A stretch of 64,000 nucleotides of DNA from Takakia lepidozioides (lineage: Eukaryota; Plantae; Bryophyta): NCBI GenBank assembly GCA_030704615.1, contig CM060732.1:30132001-30196000 (forward strand), written 5' to 3'. Made by a program: the position numbers and the translations under genes. Of the stretch, positions 53,933-64,000 are shown piece by piece. The notes below the pieces were generated by a model. The model worked only from the letters and a program-made list of their open reading frames with translations. It was not told the DNA's origin and made no database searches. Every line of letters starts with the position of its first letter. Position 1 is the stretch's first letter.

Positions 53933-54881
53933 TCCTAGTCCATGTAGGGTCAGTCTACTGAACCCTTGTGAGCTTTTCAGTTCATTTCTTGTAAATATAT
54001 TTCCATCTTTCCATCTTCCATCTTATTCATGTGTCACACCGTCCTCACCCTCGATTCATGCTTGCTCAATTGTGTACCTGCTAACTCAGAGAAATGGAAC
54101 TGTAAGTTCTCCCATCCCCAAATACAAAACCAGGAAAAAAACAAAAAACCACCCCCAATTCACCCCCAAAATGAACCCCCAACCTCCCCCCACCAGGCTG
54201 CCCTCGCGACTGCAGCACGTCGCCAATGGCGACGTGTTTTTTGGGCGGGGATCGCAAGCAGCGATGGTCGGGCGTCGCAAACCCCATTTACGGACGGCAA
54301 CGCCCGACACCCCCTGCGACGTGTTTTTTAGTCCGGGGGTCGCAAGCCGCGACGCCCTGGCGTCGCGGAGACCGCCACCCTGCCTGCGCCACGTTTGTTT
54401 TTTGATTAAATTTAAAACAAAAGCAACGCCGGAGCGTCGCAACAACCCACGCCCGGGCATGGCGAAGACCGACTCCTGCTGTTTTGTGCCACGCCCAATA
54501 GTCGCTTGGCGTACCACCCGGCTGACTCCCAGGCAGGTTAGAAAAAGAAAAAAATGGATACGACGCCGCGCCGGCGCCCCCACCAACGCCGTCGGCTGGA
54601 GGGCCGCAACGGCGAGACGTCGCTCGAAGAGGCTCCTGCAACGGCGTGGATGGCCTAAAAAACCGACGTCCGACAGTCGCGGGAGTTGGGGCGGGGGCTC
54701 GCGACCCCCATACGTCGCATTTTTGCGACGTCATTTTGGCGACGCCCTTGCGACTGCAGGGCGACGGCCGGGCGTCGCAAATTCTGCGCCTTCCGCGTGC
54801 CCGAAAAGGGCGTTTTCCTGACGCTGCTGCGTGGCCTTGGCATGGCGCGGGCGTCACAAAGGCCCCCATTTTCCTGTAGTG

Positions 54882-55825
54882 CATGCACAAGCCAATTATC
54901 CATGTCAAGCAATTTAGATCCATTGTCTGACCCAACACCTGGCGTCGTGATGCCTCTGACAGAGCTGGCACAGATGTAGTGCCCGTGACAAACCCCATTG
55001 CCAGCTCGCGCTCATCCGCATTGGGCTCCACCAATTGTTGTAGCACACTGTCCCAAATCAACCCAAGACCATTGTCTCGAAAAGCATGAGACGAGGGAAA
55101 GCTCATGAGCGTAGACAAGGTTGTACGTGGCTGCCCCACTCGATTAACCATTGCTAGAGATGGACGGTCATCATGTCGCACCCTCTGTGGTTGCCTCCCT
55201 TGGTCCAAAATGCCCTCAACCGTGAGATTGGGTGGCCGTTGAATGGAATCATATGCTCCTTTGAGCAGCTCTGGTGGTGCAAGATTGGTCCACCACAATC
55301 GAGGTCGATGAGCGCATGATCCCACCGCTGCTGCATCGCCGATCCAATCCAAGACCGCACCTGATGCACACTGGCCATAACCCTGGCCCGAGAGTCCCCC
55401 ATAAGAGGAACAATCTCCAAGATATAGGCTAGAGGTTGCACTTGCCTCGTCTGCAAGTCACGCAACACTCTCAACATCTCCCAAAACAAATGCGATCGTG
55501 CATCATGCAAGCCATTCCCATGACCTACGGGAGAGTATCCTTGGCAAGGCCATCCAGCTATCACCAAGTCAATGACACCATGCCGGTCCAAGTCATCCGC
55601 CCCCAACATGGTAATGTCTGATGGCAAGGCCTTTTGGTACCCTTGAATTGCTGAGAGAGGCAGCAACTCAGGGTACTGGTGTGTGAGCAAGACAACGTGG
55701 CACATAGAAATTCGCCGAGCTATCTTATCCTTGTCCACATACAAGTACTTTTGTACTTTAATCCCAGCTTGCAACACTCCTGCAAGCCCAGTGCTCATGC
55801 CTCCAAACAGGTCTAGCAAACAAAT
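54882..55825 (-). pseudogene. DNMT3-type C5 cytosine DNA methyltransferase domain encoded within a Ty3/gypsy polyprotein
   Basis: Motif I LDLFGG, motif IV DLVIAGWPCQG, motif VI YILE(I)V, motif VIII DAAAVGSCAHRPRLWWTNL, motif IX ERELAMGF and motif X RRQVLGQTM, in canonical order, with no introns and one frameshift near 55340. Confidence 0.92.
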
Positions 55826-56199
55826 CCCTGAGTTAGGTGGTTGTCAGGTAATGGGCACTGTGTCCAAAGGAGCTAACTGAGGAGGTCTAGGTGATGTCAC
55901 TGAACTCCCCTCACTCACCTCCTCCTGCCATGCTTGGTGCACACACTCGCCTGCTATTCGATGCAAATTCCCAACTGTACCCCACAGTGGAATATGAACA
56001 GACACATGAGGAAGCAAATCAGCCTTGTATGTCAATTGTTTGTCCTCATCAGGTGGTGGCCTATCATCTGCATGGCTATTGCCCTCCAAGAGCTCACCAC
56101 CCCAAGCCACCACCCCTGAGAATGCAGCCAATGTGGGCATCATGTTCCTATGATCCACCGCTACATTCCCAATAAACCGCACTGGGAGCAGTGCACGTC

Positions 56200-56997
56200 G
56201 TTGTCCAATATCCCATACCAGAATTGGACTGTTTGAGCTTGTGTAACCCCTTGGGTTACGTTTATCAAGCGCCTCATGTGCGTGTAAGCCTCCCTTAAAC
56301 TCTCGGCAGGCTTTCGTTGGAACTCTTGCAAACTCCGCAATTTCTCCGTCCTTATCCCCTGGTAAATTCTCCTTAATGCCTCGAAGAACTCCACAACTGG
56401 GTTAAAGGCTGGCACGGGTGTTGGTGCTACAGTAGGAGCTTGGGTGGACTTCCCAACTCCTGTTCCACTTGACTTCCCACTGCTGCTTGCAGAAGCTGCC
56501 GGTGTAGCTGCCGGTGTCACCACTGCCCTTATGCCTCTAGTGATGGAGACATAGTCAGGTGACCAATACATCCGCCATTCCTCAATCTCCACCTCATGTC
56601 CCCGCCTAAACTCATGGTAGTCATCCATGGGCGGCCCCTCAAGGTGCTGAAACAGCCCCTTCCACGCCATAAAAGGCGTAAACAGTTGTGGATTGCGCAT
56701 CTGCTGCAAATCACACCAACTATCAAACTCTTATATGAAGTCATCAAGCTCGATGGTGCCCACAGCTCCAGAGTACCTACATGGCTCCTTGGTATCTCCA
56801 TACATCTCCTCCATCGTGTCCCACAACAATGGCACGGAAATGACTTGCACCCTCGGCGAGAATCCTCCTGACTCCGAGTCTGAACCTTCCTCAGAAGACA
56901 CTAAAGGTGAAGGTGGCCTAAACCGCACACCTCGTCTTGTATACCCACTAGTATCGCTGGTGCTCATACCGGCACTCTCCTCAGCAATTGGTGGCAC
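56200..56997 (-). pseudogene. Ty3/gypsy Gag (capsid) of the DNMT-bearing element
   Basis: YSGAVGTIELDDFI*EFDSWC, LFQHLEGPPMDDY, LRSLQEFQRKPAESLREAYTHMRRL (major-homology-region-like Q...ES...Y...L). Same strand as, and directly upstream of, the DNMT domain. Confidence 0.8.
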
Positions 56998-57649
56998 CTC
57001 CGTGATGAAAACTCACAACCACACCTGTTGTAAACTTGTCTCTAATACCCCTTTCCACAAGGTAACCGGGTAGATAACCCGTTGCAGCTTATGGCTTAGA
57101 CTACTAGGTTCGTAATATAAACCTGCACCTGCATCCACCGCAAGCACTCCTATGGTCTGCTGGTCATCAACCCAGCCTCACTATAAGAGAAACAATGATG
57201 GTTTGACTGGTCATCACCTAGCCTCACCACTGACAGCACGCTCTAGGATCGACCGGTGATTAAATCCGGACCAACCTCCTATGAAAACAAGCGCCCACAC
57301 AAAGCTGACATGGCGCACAGTCAAGCATGCAGGTGTGCAGGGGATCCAAACACAAGAAAATCAAGACGACAACTCCCCCACACCAAAAACACTCCATAGT
57401 GTCGCTCCTGCAATGACACCCCAGCCCAAACCCGGACTGACTCTTGCCTCCACATACGGAAAGGTTTTGGCCTACAGAGAGGGTGAAAGACTACAAGGAA
57501 GAGAGACTAAAGCAATTCCTAATCCCAGCATGCCCTCATCCCACTACCCTATCTCCACACTCTCTTGCTTGAACAATAGACAAGACTACCTTTTAATGGT
57601 CTCTCAAATAACTCTCCAGGAGCCCTCAAGAATATGTCTCTCAAACAAT

Positions 57650-58200
57650 CTCACTAAGGCTCCCAATCCTTGCACGATGGGACTCCAAAACAGTACACCA
57701 AGGCCCCAAGAGCCTGCCAAAACTTAGCCCTCGAGGACCCCAATAGTCCCTCACACAAGTCGCCAAAGCTCGCCAAATATTGGCCTCCAAGGACCCCAAA
57801 TAGTCCTCCAAAGAACTCTAAATGGTCCTCCAAGGACTCCCAATGGTCCTCCAAACAGTCCTCCAAGGACTCCTCCTATGTCACTATGTTCCCAATGTGT
57901 TCCCAAGTTCCCAATGGGTTCCCAATAGGTTCCCAAAGTTCCCTAAGAATATTCCTGAAAATGTGCTATAGTATTCTCCCAGTATTCCCCTGGGCCTATA
58001 TGTATTCCCCTTGTATTCCCCTTAGGAATAGCCATTTCCCCCTGGCAAAAGCCATTTCCCCCTCATAGAGTAGTTCATTTTCCCCTAGGGTTTAGCCATT
58101 TCCCTCTAAGCTTTAGCCACTTCCTCCTCTATTTCTTTGAGGTTTAGCCTTACCAAGCTAGGGTTTGTGCTCCTTGGGGCTCTATGCTTAATCCCCTCAA
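57650..58200. repeat. Low-complexity short tandem motifs (GGTCCTCCAA, GTTCCCAA, TATTCCCC, AGCCATTTCCCC)
   Basis: Visible directly; typical of retroelement LTR/UTR regions. Confidence 0.6.
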
Positions 58201-59376
58201 GCATCCATGAATTTCTCCAACTCAACTAGTTGGCCACACAACAAGCTCAATTTCTCATTGGAACTCAAAATCAAGCTTGTACCTCCTTTGGCAAGCCACC
58301 AAGCCTTGTCTCCTCTCAAGCCTTTGTCATTCAAGCTCCATTCACTTGCTAGCTCAAGAGCCACTCCTCTCAAGCTTGAAATTGCAAAGCTCAAGCCAAA
58401 AACATGCTCCACACATGCATCACCTCATACACAAGGGAATCAACTTGCTCCCTTCACCTTCGAGCTCTCTTCAAGCTTGAAGTTGGAAGCCACACTTGGG
58501 AAGCATGCTCCACATAAGCATCACTTGCTTGATCAACCATCCACCACAAAACTTAAGCCCAAAGGGAATGAATACATGAGCTTCACCTTTCCCTTCCTTG
58601 TCTTATCACATGCTAATGTATGGTTGAAGTTGCTATGCATGCCTTGAGCCACAATCTCTTTTCTTCATGAAGACCACCTCCAATGATCTCCTACATGTGC
58701 TCCAAGCTCTTCAATGCTCTAGGCTTGGTTTCACATCATCATGGATAGAATTTTCACCCATATGCTTCCCTTCGAACCTCTTGAGCTTCCTAATGCTCTC
58801 CAAGTGCTTGCCCTTATTGTCTTCAAGCCCAAGCCTATGTAGCTCCTTGGCTTCCTTCCACAACATCCACACTTGAGCTTGCTTAACCCTAGATTGATAG
58901 TGAAATGAGTACTAACAATCATTTAGTTTCTCTCCTCAAGCCATGACACACACCATTGACTCCATAATGCATAGAAATGATTCTCAAACCCTAGAATCCA
59001 TGCTTCCACACACACAAGACTTCCCTCTTGCAATCCTTGCAAATCTTGTGGCAACAAGCTCCTTCTTGAGCTCTCCAACATCTTGGTGTAACACCACAAG
59101 TATCTTTCCTTGCAACCCTTGTGATCTACAAGAGCTCCATCTTTGAGCTCTCTACCTCCTTAGGGCAAAGCAATATCTCTCAAAGCCCTAACACCACAAT
59201 GATTTTCCTTTGCAATATATGCAACACCTTGCAACACAAGAGCTATCTTCCCAAGCTCTTCAACACACAAGGCTCATGGAGGCTCAACTACAAGAAGATG
59301 AGCCCTCCTCTCTCACTATCTCTCCCTCTCCAATGCACATAGCAAAATCCTTAAATTATGTCAACATGTGTTGACA
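58200..59376 (-). mobile_element. Highly decayed LTR retroelement remnant with an LTR-like end
   Basis: Ends in TGTTGACA. Shares the motif CATGGAGGCTCAACTACA.G.AGATGAGCCCTCCTC (59274-59310) with the sequence split by the chromovirus at 27734-27763 / 34737-34743. Confidence 0.45.
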
Positions 59377-60499
59377 ATGACTGTAGTTGGTCATTTAGCT
59401 CATATCATTGTTTGTTTGCAATGGATCATCCAGTTTCTTAATTAATTTGGTAATAAAAGACAAAGTTATATGTAGAGAAGCAAATATGACTCCCCCCCCC
59501 CACATTTATGCACGTCGTACCAAGCCCGAATGACCTTTTATACAAAAAAGTTAGAGGAAATCTGTATATTCAAGGACATTTGTGAAATTGACGATTGAAC
59601 TCAATGTTGTGGATTAGAGAAAACTTATTTTTACACCCACAAGACATCATAGCTATATTCTTTACTTATTCTTTCAACATGTGTAGTTTGGAATTTCACA
59701 CTATTTTTGTCATGATGAATTCAACAACTATAATGCTTATACATAGGCCAAACACAACCAACTACCAACTTGAATTTCTAGTAAGAAACATGTGTACAAG
59801 TCAATACAAACACCTTAACAAATTGTAACTAATTTGCAAGTATCCGCCACAAAAATAGAGCGGACTTTTTTTAGGAGGACCATGTAGAATGCAGGGTGAC
59901 ATGCATGATGGTAGTTTCATTTGAAAGTGCGTGCCTTTTCTTGTCCTTGTATGCATTGTGTATACAAGTTTTGGATTTGGGGCTGTGGATTAAGTAGTAG
60001 CAGGGGTATGTTCTGGTGGTTGTGATTGTATATTTTGTCCAAATATACATTTTTATAGAGCTTGTTGTTTTGGCCTGGATATGTGGTGTTAGGTGTGGTG
60101 TTTTCGACATGAGCAGTGTGTAGGCATTTGCCTGGTTGTTGTGGTAGTTTTTCTTGGGGGAGCCTGATTGTTGTAATGTTGGATTATACATTTATGAAAC
60201 GGGTCTTTGCAGGTGTATTGTTGTGTGTGTGGCCCTGGTAGGCATCATAGGTTGGAGTATAATCGTAGTATACTGCAAGGCAAACTAGAGAAAGCGGCTA
60301 AAATCCTAGTTGTCATCCCTGACGTGACGTGGTGCTGACACGTCGGTCGTCACGTCGAATCCGGACGTTTATCCACGTAATTTTTTTACATTTGACTTTT
60401 ACGATTTACTTCTACCCTTTGTAATGACATGGTAGCCACGGTGTAAAGCAGACGTGGCCAATTATTAAAAATTATTAATTATTTTTTAAAAATAAATCT

Positions 60500-60930
60500 A
60501 TATATATTGGCGGTCCCATATAATTTATTATTTTTAATAAAAGCGACTGCCCATATTGGCGGTTGCTTGTAATTTAATATTTTGTTAAATTAAGCGACCG
60601 CCAGTATTGGCAGTCGCCGGTAATTTATTTATTTATAAATGAAGCGACCGCCCATATTGGCGGTCGCCCCTAATTTATTTATTTTTTAATGAGACGACCG
60701 CCGAAATTGGCGGTCGCCCGTAATTTATTTATTTATAAATGAAGCGACCGCCGAAATTGGCGGTTGCCCGTAATTTATTTATTTATAAATGAAGCGACCG
60801 CCCATATTGGCGGTCGCCCGTAATTTATTTATTTTTAAATGAAGCGACCTCCCATATTGGCGGTCGTCCGTAATTTATTTATTTTTAAATGAAGCGACTG
60901 CCCATATTGGCGGTCGCTTGTATTTTATTA
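60500..60930. repeat. Tandem array of 50-bp units, each with a GCGACCGCC-N6-GGCGGTCGC palindrome and an AT-rich linker (~8 full copies)
   Basis: Units start at ~60541, 60592, 60642, 60692, 60742, 60792, 60842 and 60892. Confidence 0.95.
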
Positions 60931-61523
60931 CATTTTAAAATAAGCGGTCGCGTGTTTTTTTTTTCCTTAGAAATCCAGGGATCCGCCGTGTGGTGTTTAG
61001 TTTTTTATTTTTAATCATGAAGCGGCGCCTCGGCCAGCCACGTGGCGAGGTGCCTCGGGTCAGGAAAAACGAAAATGAGATGGGGGGAGGTGGTTTTGAA
61101 CCCTTGACCTCTCCCATGTGGGTGCGCGTGACGAGGTGCGACTGGCCTGTCGCGCCTTTTCAAGCATAATGCCATTTTTTTTGGGAGGGGGGGCTGGTGG
61201 GCGCCTATATAAACCATTCCCCCCTCCTTTTCTGATCACTTTTGCCCCTCTTGTGGTGTGGTTCCTTGGCATCCCGTAGTCCTTTCGGACTTCGTTGCTT
61301 GGCACTGCCAACGGGAGGTTATTTGGGGGGGGGGAGGTTTTGTCGATTTTCTATTGGTCAGTCCCACACATTTGTTCACGGTACAATCAACGTATCACCA
61401 TTTTGCCGTTTCCAGATCTTCGGCAGCCTGTTTTTTTGCAGAAAACTACGAAGACACCATCCACACGCGTTCATTGCCATTTTTCTGAGGTTTTGGACCC
61501 TGTAGTGGGCAAAGGTTTATACA

Positions 61524-62890
61524 ATGTCGGGGGTTGTGAATTCAAGTTCTAGGGCGGGATCGTCTGGGGGGCGGAGGAAGAGAAAACGTGCCCACGAGCG
61601 GTATAGCCAAGTCAACAAGCCAGACTACCCGGGACCGGATGCCTTGGATAGGGTGAAAAAAATGGTAGCAGATTATTTCAAGGGTAGGGACATGATGAGG
61701 CTGGAAAGTGCTTATGTTAGGCATGGATGGGAGGGGTTTCAGATTTTCCAGCAAAATATGGAGTGGAAAATCACAAACGCTTTGGCGGGGGCTAAGTGGA
61801 CGGCGGACAGGGACAAGCTGAAGTTCAATCGGTGGATCCAAAGCAGGGCGAAAGACATCACGTGGAATTTGAGGCAGCTAATGAAGACATGGAGGGGTAG
61901 AATAACCGGGGGTCGAGTGCCCTCCGCCGAAGCCGAGTTAATGCGGCGTGTTGAGTATTGGGCTTGCTCAGCAAGTCAGAATTCACATCGCCGGACTAGG
62001 GTTGTCCCTTGGAAGACGGGGTCATCGGGCGGAGGAGGCACAACTAGTCTTTATTACTGAACTCTAGTGCGAAGGTGGTAGAGATTGGTCCTTACAAAGA
62101 AAGAGGGTATGTTAAGGTCCGTCACTATAAGATTGTTGGCGATTCTAGAATACCGGAGCGTTAGGAGCTAGCGGGGAAAAAACCCAAATCCAAAAATCGA
62201 GAAAAGGCGTTGAGACAACATAACGACGACTGTTTGGTAGTGAAGTTGCAGCATCCGGGTGTTATCTCGTATTTTGCTGTGAATGCACGTGAGGTAGAGG
62301 GTTAACTCGTTGGTGGAATGGGGGGACAATACGCGACATGCTGAACCTTGACAGAAAATGGGGCAACGATTCGGACAACAAGGTGATTTTGGAACAAAGG
62401 GGAACGGAAGCAAAGTTCCAAGAATGCGATCGCTTGCTTCGTTTCCGGAAAGTGCGCAGTAAACTTGCATTGGCACTGGTGTGCATCATGGATGTTGTCC
62501 ACAAGAACGGTGTCTTGCACAACAACTTGTTCCCCAACAACATCTTGTTGCATTTTCCAGATGGCACCGAGGAGATCAAGATTGGGGTGTGTGATTGGGG
62601 CTTAGCCACCCCATTGGGCATACGCAAAGCCTCGTCGTACCAGTTTGAAAACCAAGACAAGTTGGACCGGGAACTCGCGAAAAGATGGTGGGTGGAAAAA
62701 AATATTGCATCGGTTTTCAATATGAATGTCACGCCCCCCCCAGGACATGACGTCGGAGGCTTTTGCCGTTGGGAAGATAGCGGTACGAATAAATGGCGGC
62801 GTTCATTATGATCAAAGTATGTTCCAGGACCAATTTACGGGAGGTTGTTGGCATTCAATGATATAAAGGTTGTACGACAACAACAAGAAT
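61524..62890 (+). pseudogene. Intronless protein kinase pseudogene with a basic N-terminal extension, probably transposon-borne
   Basis: IGPYKERGYVKV (Gly-loop-like), ELAGKK, LQHPGVI, WWNGGTIRDML, VLHNNLFPNNILLHFP, IGVCDWGLA. Stops and frameshifts near 62060, 62162 and 62305. NLS-like RRKRKR at the N-terminus. Confidence 0.75.
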
Positions 62891-63041
62891 GAGAGAGTCA
62901 CATTTTCGGTTCATGGCTCAATTGGCCTGAGCCGAAAGACGTATATAGGACAGAGTAGACCATAGTTTCGTAGATATGACATTTCTGGCGGTACAATGGT
63001 TCTTTTATGAAGACATAACTCAATTTTGATCGTGCATGTAA

Positions 63042-63573
63042 TAAATAAAGTCCCATTGTAAATACTACATTGCATATGCTCGACCCTGGCACCTGTCATC
63101 GCAACATAAATGGTTTGTGTACTGGCTCACTGTTTATATTTGTAATGTTCCAAGGTTTCGGATAGGGTTATGAGAAAACAATGTATTAGTTCCGTAGGAG
63201 TTAGACAACAAACGTCTTCTCTCATTCAACTGTGCGACACTGTCATGAGAGGCATGGATCGGAAAGTAATAGGTGCACATGCGACCTCCGAACGTTTGAT
63301 ACTAGGTCTCTACTTAAACGTGTGGAGGTCGCATGTACACCTATTACTTTTTTATCCATGCCACTCATTGTAGTATCACACAGTTGAATGAGATATGGAA
63401 CGTTTGTTGTCCAACTCCTATGGATCCAATATATCATTTTCTCAGTACCATGTCAGAAACATTGAAACATTCGCAAATACAAACAGTGCCACAATACACG
63501 GCCGATTTTGTTGAAATGACATTTGTGAGGTTCGAGCGTATGCAATTTATTATTTACAACGGAATTTTATTTA
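63042..63573. repeat. Long imperfect fold-back inverted repeat (~530 bp, centre ~63306)
   Basis: For example, AGTAATAGGTGCACATGCGACCTCC pairs with GGAGGTCGCATGTACACCTATTACT; pairing continues out to both ends. Confidence 0.9.
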
Positions 63574-63660
63574 CTCGGGGGACCGGTACTGCTGTTGGAG
63601 CACAACTGATGGTGCGAGTTCTCTATTGATTGGAGCTGTCACAACCAATGTCAACAATCA

Positions 63661-64000
63661 TATTTACGGTAAGGTGTTTCATGCTATTGTTGTTCCTGTA
63701 GCTGAATTTTGTAGTACTCTTTTTGCTATTCCCATGCCAATGTCCTCTGAGACTGTCATGTTCAAACGGACGTATCAGCCACCCCGGCCAGGTTGCAGGT
63801 TGGAGCCATGGCCCACCATAAATTGAATGAATTGAAGATTTTGTGCGAAGTTCCTAGTTTCATGTTCGTGGTGGCTGATACGGAATTCGGAATATGGCAG
63901 TCGCAGTGGACCTGATGTTGTTGGCATGGGAGTAGCAAAATGATTCCTAAATAATTCTGCTACATGAACATCGGCAGTATGAAACACCTTGCAGTACATA
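63661..64000. repeat. Second inverted repeat (arms ~63661-63740 and ~63921-64000)
   Basis: AAGGTGTTTCAT..TTTTGCTATTCCCATGCCAA versus TTGGCATGGGAGTAGCAAAA..ATGAAACACCTT; it may extend past the window edge. Confidence 0.8.

Larger units (their letters stand above)
37942..54881. mobile_element. CACTA (En/Spm) DNA transposon inserted into the gypsy pol; left terminus deleted; carries a secondary insertion
   Basis: Right terminus ...CCATTTTCCTGTAGTG ends at 54881 (reverse complement CACTACAGGAAAATGG). Dense GCGACGCC/GGCGTCGC subterminal repeats at 54200-54860, similar motifs at 44350-44600. Contains a Tnp2 gene and a TnpA-like gene. Confidence 0.85.

Noticed and set aside
53754-54821. 355-aa plus-strand ORF, and the tail of the 354-aa minus-strand ORF
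   Set aside because: These read through GC-rich CACTA subterminal repeats and show no protein-like features.
54882-55825. Host DRM/CMT/MET1 gene or bacterial restriction-modification methylase contamination
   Set aside because: It is intronless, non-permuted, has no UBA/BAH/chromo domains, and is contiguous with retroelement Gag inside plant TE sequence.
57290-57650. 5' LTR and PBS of the DNMT-gypsy element
   Set aside because: No match to the 34918-35002 LTR end and no convincing PBS; the 5' LTR appears lost or replaced.
60500-60930. CRISPR-like array of palindromic repeats
   Set aside because: The linkers are near-identical rather than unique spacers, there are no cas genes, and the context is eukaryotic.

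Overview
Eukaryotic nuclear DNA with spliceosomal introns, from a land plant and most likely a seed-free one (bryophyte or lycophyte, inferred from the transposon lineages). The first ~25 kb is genic, all on the + strand. It holds the 3' part of a disabled serine palmitoyltransferase LCB2 gene, an EEF1AKMT4-like methyltransferase, a YSL/OPT transporter and a TDR/PXY-like LRR receptor kinase, plus small TE remnants. From ~27.5 kb onward the window is a nested transposon block. It contains a full-length young Tcn1-type chromovirus, a degenerate Ty3/gypsy element, a CACTA element inserted into that gypsy element, a composite LINE/DIRS-like insert inside the CACTA, and a kinase pseudogene flanked by a palindromic 50-bp tandem array and long fold-back hairpins. 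The standout is the split gypsy element. Its polyprotein reads Gag - complete DNMT3-type C5 cytosine methyltransferase - RT - RNase H - integrase - PHD finger, so the retrotransposon carries both a DNA-methylation writer and a histone reader. The CACTA element that interrupts it appears to carry a degenerate SET domain. All domain calls come from motif recognition by eye; no searches were run.
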